From a virus, in IMG/VR virus record IMGVR_UViG_3300028556_000001, positions 9,227 through 73,226 of that record: DNA of 64,000 bases; one strand, given 5' to 3'. Made by a program: the position numbers and the translations under genes. The notes under the pieces are model-generated. The model worked only from the letters and a program-made list of their open reading frames with translations. It was not told where the DNA came from and searched no databases. Of the stretch, positions 28,224 through 36,189 are shown one piece after another (positions within the stretch are counted from its first letter, which is position 1; every line of letters begins with the position of its first letter).

Positions 28224-29053
28224 TGCTGGTAGGAGAAGAAAACGAGGTCTTTGACGGTAAGGGGTGAACGCTCGACGCCAGCAGCCATCGCCGGAGTGCA
28301 ACGGATTGTGCCGTGGAATTTCACGAGGTTGTAATAGGCGAAGTGCAGGGCGACGGCAGCCTTAAAATTCTCCAGCTTCTTGCTAAACCCGTTCGTCAAG
28401 CGGGCAAAACGGCGGCAGTGCATCCGCACCGTATGATTCTGCTTCTCGACAAAGGACGTGGAAATCTTGGTGGGGTCAGGACGGCCCACGAGCATGGCCT
28501 TGTCCACCTTAACCACGGCAGGAGGGCTATACCTACGCTGTTCCGCCGATTCCGGCGATGCGAACTGCTTTACAATCTGCCCGTAGTCAATCCCCACGCC
28601 CCAAGTTGTCTCCACCGCCGGGGCGTAGTGAATCAGGCCATCCGTCGAAAGCTGAATGCGCTTCGTCAGCCGCATGGAGAGGTCACTAAGGAAAAGGTTC
28701 GTGCTTTTGTAGTCCCGTTTGCCGACATGGAAGGCCGGGACGAGCTTCGTTTCAGCATCGAGGGCGACGAAGGTGTAGGCGTCCCCGTAACCCTGTTTAA
28801 AGTCCTCCGGCAAGCAGTTTGCCTGCTTCTTGTTGATGAAGGCCCAAAGTTCGTCGGCCTCCAGCCGTTCACAGGACAGGTTACGCATGCGGTCGTCTAG
28901 GTAGGCCGCGCAGCCTTCGCCGACGCGCTTGCCGACGTTCATCACGGTTTCCTTGTCCACGTCGAGCATACGGCTGATGCCCCGGATGCTGGAGCCTTCC
29001 GCGAGGGCGGACACAATGGAGACTTGCTTGTCGAATGAGAGGTGGTTGCTCAT
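28220..29053 (-). CDS. IS1-family DDE transposase (E2)
   Basis: N-terminal HTH (LAEGSSIRGISR), catalytic-type motifs ADELW, STDG, STSFVEKQN, RRFARLTNGFSKK, TPAMAAG. Confidence 0.92.
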   Translation of the reverse strand: MSNHLSFDKQVSIVSALAEGSSIRGISRMLDVDKETVMNVGKRVGEGCAAYLDDRMRNLSCERLEADELWAFINKKQANCLPEDFKQGYGDAYTFVALDAETKLVPAFHVGKRDYKSTNLFLSDLSMRLTKRIQLSTDGLIHYAPAVETTWGVGIDYGQIVKQFASPESAEQRRYSPPAVVKVDKAMLVGRPDPTKISTSFVEKQNHTVRMHCRRFARLTNGFSKKLENFKAAVALHFAYYNLVKFHGTIRCTPAMAAGVERSPLTVKDLVFFSYQQ

Positions 29054-29119
29054 GGGTCGTTTTTGATTGTTGACTTAAATGTAATACATCAATACCATTT
29101 CGTCAACAATTATTTTTGT

Positions 29120-29317
29120 ATGACAGAAAAGAAAAAAAGAGGCAGACCAAAGGTATCCCCGGACAAATTCAAACAGCCGGGGGTATCCTTTCGCCTAAGC
29201 CCAGAGGAGTCTGCCGTACTTAGAGCAGCCTCTACCCTTAGTTCCCAATCGGTCTCCGAATGGTCGAGAAAAGTGTTGCTTTTAGAAGCGGAAAGATTAT
29301 TGTCAGACCGAAAATGA
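29120..29317 (+). CDS. Ribbon-helix-helix protein with GRPK hook, divergent from the transposase
   Basis: MTEKKKRGRPK...VSFRLSPEE....RAA......VSEWSR; homologue at 31642-31812. Confidence 0.75.
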   Translation: MTEKKKRGRPKVSPDKFKQPGVSFRLSPEESAVLRAASTLSSQSVSEWSRKVLLLEAERLLSDRK

Positions 29318-29318
29318 A

Positions 29319-29392
29319 TGGAGCCGGACGGATTCGAGCCGACATCTCCCAACTGTAAAGGACGGGCGGTTTGCCGATTAACCTACGGCCCC
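29319..29392 (-). tRNA. Degenerate tRNA-like sequence (pseudo-tRNA, identity undetermined) inside E2
   Basis: Acceptor GGGGCCG/CGGCTCC-A, U8-A9, D stem GGTT/AACC with GG in the loop, T arm GTCGG-CTCGAAT-CCGTC; anticodon arm irregular. Confidence 0.65.
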
Positions 29393-29420
29393 AGCATTTT
29401 CAGACTAAGAAGTAGTCCCT

Positions 29421-29464
29421 CAACCCGTACGGCCCTCCTATCAGGGTAAAAGCCGTACGGGTTG
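29421..29464. repeat. Perfect 13-bp inverted repeat upstream of the tRNA-like sequence
   Basis: CAACCCGTACGGC (29421-29433) / GCCGTACGGGTTG (29452-29464). Confidence 0.8.
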
Positions 29465-29550
29465 TGCCTTTTATATATGCCGCGCTAAGTTTCGCTGGGA
29501 CAACGACTTGCGCTTTATTTTATCACCATAAATTTAGAAATAGAAGGTGG

Positions 29551-29946
29551 TTATTCCACCAAAGACCACTTGCCGTCTTTGAACTGGAAAATATTAGAAT
29601 TACTAGACAGGGCTACACCGAAACCATCGCGAGAAGTTACCTTGGGATTTTTGGATTGTACGTAATCCCATAGCTCGTCTCGGGTCATCGGCCTTCCGGT
29701 TGATTTTAGGGCTTCTATCGCCAATTCCTTGCTGCTCTTCATTCGCTCCAAAGGCTCACGAATGAGTTTAGAAATTTTTGCCAAGTTCATATGTTCGTCC
29801 GATGGGAAAACGTCCCGTGGGTCAAGCATGTCGGCTGCTTGCCGCAAACGCTTTACTTCGGCTTCCATGCGGTCGGCTTCCATACGCATACCATAAGCGT
29901 ATCGCTTAGAGGCAGGTGGAGGAGGTGGTGGTGGATTGGGTTTCAC
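29551..29946 (-). CDS. Coiled-coil plus winged-helix (HARE-HTH-like) protein, E2 cargo
   Basis: AIEALKSTGRPMTRDELWDYV...FGVALSSNSNIFQFKDGKWSL. Confidence 0.65.
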   Translation of the reverse strand: MKPNPPPPPPPASKRYAYGMRMEADRMEAEVKRLRQAADMLDPRDVFPSDEHMNLAKISKLIREPLERMKSSKELAIEALKSTGRPMTRDELWDYVQSKNPKVTSRDGFGVALSSNSNIFQFKDGKWSLVE

Positions 29947-30122
29947 GAGCCAACCATAAGGATAGCTCTATCCTATGTCAATGGCCTATTTTACCCTCTA
30001 AAAGTGCTCAAATGCGCTCGTATGACTCTAGCCGCGCTTCTAGAGGGGTTTGGCCTTGTCGTGTTCTGAGGGGCCATTGGTAGTGTCCTAATTTGGAATG
30101 ACCCCCAAGCTCAATACCCCCA

Positions 30123-30350
30123 CTAATTGCTCCACAATCTTACCACGCTACTGCAATACTTACTCATACCGGCCTGATTTGTCGCCGTCATGGGTTTGTT
30201 GTGGAAAACAACGGCGTGTCGTCCTTCGCACTCAAAATCAAACCGATATAGGCCCTCACATCCGTCTGGCGTATTACAGGGCCCTTTCAATGGGCCAATG
30301 CCGAAAGAATCTTCGCCGAATTTTATGTTTGGCAGAATAGGATGAGCCAT
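30123..30350 (-). CDS. Small hypothetical protein (E3 cargo)
   Basis: 75-aa ATG ORF downstream of trpC; no recognisable motif. Confidence 0.35.
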   Translation of the reverse strand: MAHPILPNIKFGEDSFGIGPLKGPCNTPDGCEGLYRFDFECEGRHAVVFHNKPMTATNQAGMSKYCSSVVRLWSN

Positions 30351-30440
30351 TCCAACACTAGGTCATGTTTGTTGGATAAACTCAAGCCCGCTTACTTACT
30401 TCATAGCCCTAGTAGCTATCACATGTTTTACCGCACAGAT

Positions 30441-31301
30441 TTAGGCGGAAACTGGCTCCCGCTTAAAGCGGGTAACGCCTGTATGTTGCAGGCTCACCTT
30501 CTCAAATGCTTCCAGCTCGGCGCGAATACCGATGGGTGACTTGAGTAGTGATGTGCCGATAAGCGCAGCGTCAAACCCCATTTCCATAACTTTGGCAAAG
30601 TTTTGCGGATTGATGCCGCTCTCGGCCACCTTAACACAATCCCTGGGAAGCTTACTGATTAGATTAAACGCACCAAGCACTGTGGTAAAATCTCCGCCCG
30701 TTAAACGACTCAGGGCAAAGCGAATGTCTCCATCGAAATTGCGACTGTTAATGCCGCAAATCTCCACGTCTTTAGGTAGCGTCAGGATTTGGTCCTCGCT
30801 GCGAACTTCGCAAAGAACATGCAGACCTAGGCTCCTCGCAAAAGAGTGTAGTTTCTGAAAATCTTCTGGGCTAAGAATATCAGGATGCGCCATTAGTAAG
30901 ATTGCGTCTGCTCCGAATGCACGAGCCTCTAAAACCTGATACTCGTCTATAATGAAATCCTTTCTGAGAATTGGTTTGGAAATCACCTTTCTCACGCTTT
31001 TGATTGATTCAACTATCATCCCAAAATGCAGCTTATTTGTGAGCACCGAAACGGCGTGAACTATCTTGGACTCTTGATAGGCGTAAGGAGATTCCTGAAC
31101 CAATCGTGGATTCATCATTCCCGCGCTGGGAGATTTGACTTTAATCTCAGCAATTATCCCACCTCCGCGAACAGCCTCTTTAAAGTCAAGGACTGGGGGA
31201 GCGTTCTTTAGCCAACGCTCTAACACCGTGGAAGGTCTAATCCTTTTAGCATCAGCGACTTGCTGGCGCACACCGATAAGAATTTCGTGAATGATGTCCA
31301 T
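30441..31301 (-). CDS. trpC: Indole-3-glycerol phosphate synthase-family protein (E3 cargo)
   Basis: IAEIKVKSPS, SVLT, PILRKDFIIDEYQVLEARAFGADAILLM, LCEV, GINSRN, VAESGI, DAALIGTSL: IGPS catalytic E/K/K/E/N/E/S positions present. Confidence 0.92.
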   Translation of the reverse strand: MDIIHEILIGVRQQVADAKRIRPSTVLERWLKNAPPVLDFKEAVRGGGIIAEIKVKSPSAGMMNPRLVQESPYAYQESKIVHAVSVLTNKLHFGMIVESIKSVRKVISKPILRKDFIIDEYQVLEARAFGADAILLMAHPDILSPEDFQKLHSFARSLGLHVLCEVRSEDQILTLPKDVEICGINSRNFDGDIRFALSRLTGGDFTTVLGAFNLISKLPRDCVKVAESGINPQNFAKVMEMGFDAALIGTSLLKSPIGIRAELEAFEKVSLQHTGVTRFKREPVSA

Positions 31302-31314
31302 ATTGCGAAGGATT

Positions 31315-31587
31315 CTAGTAAGCAGCTAGGCAATAGACAGCAGCAACCTTCTCAGGGAACAGGGCGTCACCTGTTGGCATGAACCGGGCCATGACGACAC
31401 GAGGGGTTTGATGAGTTGAGAGGTTGTTTGCCAATAAACCATCGAACTCCTCCTGAGTCAAGCCCTCGTAGAACAGGGTGATTTCAGACAATGGAATACC
31501 ATCTTTGGCTGCATTTTGGCGCACCAAATCGAGGTCAACCCCATGCTGATTTTTCATGTCCTTTTGGAGCCCAAGAAAAGCTTTCAT
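31315..31587 (-). CDS. Hypothetical 90-aa protein immediately upstream of trpC
   Basis: Stop 13 nt before the trpC start, same strand. Confidence 0.55.
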   Translation of the reverse strand: MKAFLGLQKDMKNQHGVDLDLVRQNAAKDGIPLSEITLFYEGLTQEEFDGLLANNLSTHQTPRVVMARFMPTGDALFPEKVAAVYCLAAY

Positions 31588-31641
31588 CCGCTTGGGTCAA
31601 GCACTTTTTGTGCCTCGATGCGCCTTGTTGCTCCCGTCTCC

Positions 31642-31812
31642 TTATTGAGATAAAATCGAGAATCTGACCCATTCCGAGAGGTCTTTACCTTCCGCCCGGG
31701 CCTTGGCCTCGACCTGCTCCCTCTCCGCCTCGGTCAGGCGAATCTGAAGGTTTACAGACCTAGCTGCCCCCTTGGGGAGCTTTGGCCTGCCTAGGGTTTT
31801 CTTTATTGTCAT
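31642..31812 (-). CDS. Ribbon-helix-helix protein with GRPK hook, divergent from the E3 transposase
   Basis: MTIKKTLGRPKLPKG..RSVNLQIRLTEAERE.VE.KA...GKDLSEWVR. Confidence 0.8.
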   Translation of the reverse strand: MTIKKTLGRPKLPKGAARSVNLQIRLTEAEREQVEAKARAEGKDLSEWVRFSILSQ

Positions 31813-31824
31813 GCAAAAAAGATG

Positions 31825-31853
31825 TTGACGTAAGCATATTACTGCATTACGGT
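31825..31853 (+). promoter_or_regulatory. Sigma70-like promoter of the E3 transposase
   Basis: TTGACG-17-TACGGT; E2 has an equivalent TTGACG-17-TACATT on the minus strand near 29078-29106. Confidence 0.6.
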
Positions 31854-31875
31854 AAGTCAATAATCAAATTCAGCC

Positions 31876-32697
31876 ATGCCAAACGTCCTCCCATTCGATA
31901 AACAGGTCAACATCGTCGCCATGCTCGCGGAAGGCGCGTCCATTCGTGGGGTCGAGCGCATTACCGGGGTTCATCGGGATACCATCATGCGCCTTGGGGC
32001 GAAGGTGGGGAATGCCTGCGCTGACTTCATGGACACCCGCCTGCGTGACCTTACCTGCCAGCGGGTCGAGATAGACGAGCTTTGGGGCTTCATCGCCAAG
32101 AAGAACGCCGGATGCCTGCCGGAAGAGCTTAGGAACGGCCTTGGGGACGTTTACACCTACGTCGCCTTAGATGCGGACACAAAACTGATTCCGACCTTCC
32201 ATGTCGGCAAGCGCGACGAGATGAACACCGTGGCCTTTGTGGAAGACCTGCGGAGCCGGATGCGGACGCGGATTGAACTCTCTTCTGACGGATGGCGTGC
32301 TTACGCTGGCGCGGTGGACAAGGTTTTCGGATGCGAAGTGGACTACGGACAAAACGTAAAAGTTTTCGCTTCGCCGGAGAAGACCGAAGAGCGCAGATAC
32401 AGCCCGCCAAAAATCAGCAAAATTGAGCGTTCGTCCCTTATCGGGGAGCCGGAGAATATCTCGACATCCTTGGTGGAAAAGCAGAATCATACCGTGAGAA
32501 TGCACTGCCGCCGTCTGGCTCGTCTTACCAACGCTTTCAGCAAAAAACTCGACAACTTTAAGTCTGCCGTGGCCCTCCACTTTGCGTATTACAACTTCGT
32601 CAAGTTTCACCGCACCATCCGCATGACTCCGGCGATGGCCGCTGGCGTGGAGCAATCACCCCTAGAAGTCGCTAACCTCGTTGAACTAGCCCGATGA
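31876..32697 (+). CDS. IS1-family DDE transposase (E3)
   Basis: LAEGASIRG, IDELW, SSDG, STSLVEKQN, RRLARLTNAFSKK, TPAMAAG; divergent homologue of 28220-29053. Confidence 0.92.
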   Translation: MPNVLPFDKQVNIVAMLAEGASIRGVERITGVHRDTIMRLGAKVGNACADFMDTRLRDLTCQRVEIDELWGFIAKKNAGCLPEELRNGLGDVYTYVALDADTKLIPTFHVGKRDEMNTVAFVEDLRSRMRTRIELSSDGWRAYAGAVDKVFGCEVDYGQNVKVFASPEKTEERRYSPPKISKIERSSLIGEPENISTSLVEKQNHTVRMHCRRLARLTNAFSKKLDNFKSAVALHFAYYNFVKFHRTIRMTPAMAAGVEQSPLEVANLVELAR

Positions 32698-32996
32698 CTC
32701 ACCCCGAGTATCTAGCGCATCTCCAGAAGGCCATTAAAAAGACCTTTGGGCTGGAGTCTGAATACGTCGAGACGGTCAAGGTGGTTGAGGCATTCAGGGG
32801 CAAAGTCATTTGGGACGGTGACGTAGAGGTTTTCACGGTCAAACACCCCGAGGCGTCCCGTTGCTACGCATGGGCGCATGACATAGAGACAGGCTCCCAC
32901 TCCCTTGTCGTGCTGGGGCGTCCGCCTATCAAGTCCGCCCTAGATGCTGTCAGGGCTGCGCTTGTGACCGAAGGCAGACGCCAATCCAGTAACTAG
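32694..32996 (+). CDS. Conserved 100-aa protein coupled to the E3 transposase
   Basis: ATGA overlap; homologue of 27930-28223. Confidence 0.85.
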   Translation: MTHPEYLAHLQKAIKKTFGLESEYVETVKVVEAFRGKVIWDGDVEVFTVKHPEASRCYAWAHDIETGSHSLVVLGRPPIKSALDAVRAALVTEGRRQSSN

Positions 32997-33114
32997 GCAT
33001 CCCGCACTTGTTATAAATCGTTTAACTTCTGTTGCCGGGCAATCCATCTCCCACAGTAACCGTCAAGCTTCTTTCCAATAGTCACCGCTCAAATTAGGAC
33101 ACTACCGGGGCCAT

Positions 33115-33936
33115 TCATTCCACAATCCTTGAGGTTATTTCCACGTCTCCATGACTCGTTTTCCATTTCACGATTAAATCAATCTTCACCGGGCGGCAGT
33201 TTTGCGACCCGACAATGTAGTGAAAGACATAGAACGCGCCTCCTACTGCTTTGAAATTGTGAGTAGGATTACCGGGAGACAGAAAGTTTTTTGTGGGTGT
33301 AAGTAAGTCGCCAGTGTGGGATACGACCAAGGCGTCTAGATATTCCACACAACCCTCATTAACATTGCGTTCAAGTGGATCTGGACTGCCTGCTTTTTCC
33401 GTAGCGCAGTCGAAGGTCAAATCGAGGTTTTCCCCTATGTAGCTTTTTGCACCTTCAAATCCCAGCATCCTACCAAAGCATTTTTGTATGCCACCAATTC
33501 CCTTAGTCCCCACTCTTATTCTATAGTAATCGGTGTCTAATTTTCTTTCACAAATAAAAGTTCTGCTGCTTGTCCAATTACCAAACTGCAACGGAGTGTT
33601 TGGTCTGTAGCAACCCGTGTCTTTTTGGTCGAAGAATAAATCTAGCTGCGGTTTTGACTCCAGTATGTTTATCTTTTCTAGAAGTTGATAGTGGAATCTA
33701 TAGGCCGACTCCAAGAGTGCCCCAAAGAATAAGATGCAACAAATGATAGCACCCCAAAATGACGCCCATCCGGGAGCGGTGAGCAGCGTATAAAGGCTCC
33801 CTAAAAACAATAGCCCAAAGGCCCATCGTGCCTTCATGGTCTCCCTCCGTTCGACCGCATCCGAAAAGATGGATGAAAAATAGGAGGTTCGACTTGGGGG
33901 CTCTTTCTCTGCTGTCGGAGATTTCTTGCGAGCCAT
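33115..33936 (-). CDS. Two-TM membrane protein with soluble beta-rich domain (E2 cargo)
   Basis: Two hydrophobic helices; AT-richer than the phage backbone; start taken at MARKK. Confidence 0.7.
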   Translation of the reverse strand: MARKKSPTAEKEPPSRTSYFSSIFSDAVERRETMKARWAFGLLFLGSLYTLLTAPGWASFWGAIICCILFFGALLESAYRFHYQLLEKINILESKPQLDLFFDQKDTGCYRPNTPLQFGNWTSSRTFICERKLDTDYYRIRVGTKGIGGIQKCFGRMLGFEGAKSYIGENLDLTFDCATEKAGSPDPLERNVNEGCVEYLDALVVSHTGDLLTPTKNFLSPGNPTHNFKAVGGAFYVFHYIVGSQNCRPVKIDLIVKWKTSHGDVEITSRIVE

Positions 33937-34038
33937 AGACCCAGAGCATGATAATGGATGCCGAGGTGGTAAAGCCTCAAGCGGAACGCCTGTAATCCCC
34001 ATTTGTAAAAATGGGGTGCCTCATAACCGGACACTACC

Positions 34039-34604
34039 GGGTCGTGGTCGCCCAAATATAAAACGTAAAGCTCCTTTTCCTGTTCTGCGGCCTTGAGGAA
34101 ACGCTTACTAGCCTCATACATTGCGCTGGATGAGGAATAACCTTTGTTCGCCGTGAACGGCACATCCCATTCCGAGCAGACTGGAATCAGGACGCCTTCC
34201 AATGCCTGCTTCTCCACCATAACCTCCATGTAACATGGCTGATTCGCCCAGCGGTCAACGCGAAACTGAGTTGCGGCGGTGTGTAAAATGTCGGCAGGCG
34301 AAGACCAATGGGGGTTCTCGACCGTCTCACGTCCCCGGTCTTTGATAACATCCCAGTCAATGCGCCCAGCCATGCGAGCATCTGAAACCAGATTGCCAAC
34401 ATTCTTATAGCTGCGTTCCGTATTCTCCACGATGTTGCGGCTGACAAGCTGGTAGTAAAGCTGGCGAAGGCTCAAGTCGTATCCCGCCTCGACGTATTCA
34501 GTCAAGATTCCATTGATAGTTCCAATCATACCAACCGCTTCAGAACCAAAGTTCTTTTCGATGAATTGTTCTCTCACATGAACACATTTACCCACTTCCT
34601 GCAA
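34039..34604 (-). pseudogene. 5' half of the TopoVI-A/Spo11-like Toprim gene disrupted by E2
   Basis: LSLRQLYYQLV, VEKQAL, KGYSS, YLGDHDP; sequence switches to TIR-encoded VVSGYE exactly at the element end. Confidence 0.9.
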
Positions 34605-34665
34605 TTCCGCAAGTGAGGGAGAGAGATTTATGCTGGCGTGCTCTGGCTCGCAATCCGCAAGGGGC

Positions 34666-35073
34666 TTAGTAGGGCTTCATCTCCTTTTGGGCGACAAAGG
34701 ACTCAATCTGGTCGCGCAGAGACTCCACCTCGCGTTCCAGTTGGTGAACCCGGATTTCTAAGGGAATTTTCACGGGGCGTTCCTCCTCGACGGCGGAATC
34801 CTCTCTGGGGGTGGGAATGGGCTTGGGGCGTTTCACCTTCCGCACAACGGCATTGGCCGACTCAAACCGTTCCTTCGTCACCTCACTACCAACCAGCCTA
34901 GACATCCAGCCGTGAGTCAGGGGCCAGCCAATTCCAAGGGCGCGGGCATGCTTCCCGGTCGGGCAGTAGAAACGGCCCGTCCGTCCTCCCCGATGTCCGA
35001 ACCAGCGAAAGCAATCCTCCTCGGTAATCCTCGGCATTTCCGCCAACCTACACCGATTCAGGCATTCCCGCAA
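34666..35073 (-). CDS. Hypothetical protein (start uncertain)
   Basis: HARALGIGWPLTHGWMSRLVG motif and C-terminal coiled coil. Confidence 0.6.
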   Translation of the reverse strand: MRECLNRCRLAEMPRITEEDCFRWFGHRGGRTGRFYCPTGKHARALGIGWPLTHGWMSRLVGSEVTKERFESANAVVRKVKRPKPIPTPREDSAVEEERPVKIPLEIRVHQLEREVESLRDQIESFVAQKEMKPY

Positions 35074-35079
35074 TTCGGT

Positions 35080-35690
35080 TTATGCTGTCCGTCTCCGCTC
35101 CCAACCGGCCAGCGGTTGCTCGCTCGCGGCCAGTAGTGAGTCAGGCGGCTCTTAATGGCCTGCGCTGCGCTACGGCCTCGCCGCCATCGCCAGAACCGCC
35201 GCTCTGTGAGCGACCATCGGGAGCGGTCTGGCTGGCTTGCCCACCTCAACCAGCCAGAGGAGGGTTCGAGGCAAGCAGGTGCCCACCCATTGCGGACACC
35301 CACTTGCTTCACTGGCTTACCCACCATCCGGTCGGATGGGACATCGTGAAGGCAGACACGTTCTTCGGCCATTAGGTTCTCTGGCGGCAGGTAATTACGC
35401 CTCCTTGTGTCTGCATGGGCATCAGTCGGTTCGCGGTGATTAACCCGCTTACAACCAATAGCGCGAGGGCTACTCCCTCTTCCCCTTGCACGGCTGGCGC
35501 GACATTCCTACTGGCAGTCCCGGTATCACCCGGCTTGCACGATTCGGCGTCCTTCGCTGGTAAGTCCTAGGGCATGGCATCGAAACAGGGTGGGCAACCC
35601 ATACAATCCTGTCTCAATCGGCGACCAGTTTCATACACTGCCTCACTGGTAAGCTGGATGCTATTTACGGCTCGTCCTAGAGTCGTGATT
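35080..35690 (-). ncRNA. Candidate ~600-nt structured RNA or long leader
   Basis: No convincing ORF; many hairpins; preceded by TTGACG-16-TATTCT. Confidence 0.4.
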
Positions 35691-35723
35691 GCGAGAATAG
35701 TAAAAGATTCCCCTTCGTCAAAT

Positions 35724-35818
35724 AAAAACAGTGAAGGCGACCCAGATTTCTCCGAGTCGCCTCCAAAGGGACGAGTCCGTTAGCGTTTCCAGTTACTTAT
35801 GAAACCAACTGAACAGAA
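35724..35818 (-). ncRNA. Candidate ~95-nt small RNA
   Basis: TTGACA-17-TAGGGT promoter (35851-35823), then terminator GGAGGCGACTCGGA-GAAA-TCTGGGTCGCCTTC-ACTGTTTTT with no ORF between. Confidence 0.55.
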
Positions 35819-35930
35819 CCCCACCCTACCCCAGCTTATTCCCCATGTCAACATCGACCTTGCAGAAAAATAAATGCAGAAATCTGCGTGTGAACACTTG
35901 CGCGAACACAGAACTGTGGTATGGTGGGGG

Positions 35931-36131
35931 ATGGACTCAGCAATCCCGCTCGTAGCCAAACATTCAAAAATCCTGACGATAAAACGCAGGTTCTTTCAAT
36001 GCCCAAGGTGCGGCGGCGAGATGAATATGGGTGTCATGTATCTAACTTCTCCGGCGCAATACGATTGCCGTAGTTGCAAAAAATCCTCCAGCGCACGCGA
36101 CATCAAAGAGAAAATCGAAGTAGAGGACTAA
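35931..36131 (+). CDS. Small zinc-ribbon protein
   Basis: CPRCGGEM...YDCRSC; directly after a TTGCGC..TATGGT promoter-like sequence. Confidence 0.65.
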   Translation: MDSAIPLVAKHSKILTIKRRFFQCPRCGGEMNMGVMYLTSPAQYDCRSCKKSSSARDIKEKIEVED

Positions 36132-36189
36132 CCCCGTGACCGTCCCAGAAATCCTCTCCGACCCTTAACCCAAAACTACACACAAATCC

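Larger units (their letters stand above)
30079..33106. mobile_element. IS1-like cargo transposon E3 (3028 bp) nested in E2
   Basis: Perfect 17-bp TIR GGTAGTGTCCTAATTTG (30079-30095; complement at 33090-33106); 9-bp TSD GGGGCCATT at 30070-30078 and 33107-33115. Confidence 0.96.
27878..34038. mobile_element. IS1-like cargo transposon E2 (6161 bp including nested E3)
   Basis: TIRs GGTACTGTCCGGTTATGA (27878-27895) and GGTAGTGTCCGGTTATGA (complement of 34021-34038), 17/18 match; 8-bp TSD GGGTCGTG at 27870-27877 and 34039-34046. Confidence 0.96.

Noticed and set aside
30441-31301. trpC as a sign of host chromosome flank or native phage auxiliary metabolic gene
   Set aside because: It lies wholly inside TIR/TSD-bounded E3 with phage genes on both sides
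28220-32697. Classical composite transposon formed by two inverted IS copies flanking trpC
   Set aside because: The two transposases are diverged and belong to separate elements with different TIRs and their own TSDs; the structure is nested
33834-34038. C-terminal part of the listed 256-aa ORF
   Set aside because: Read-through into the E2 TIR; the true continuation is at 27869-27500
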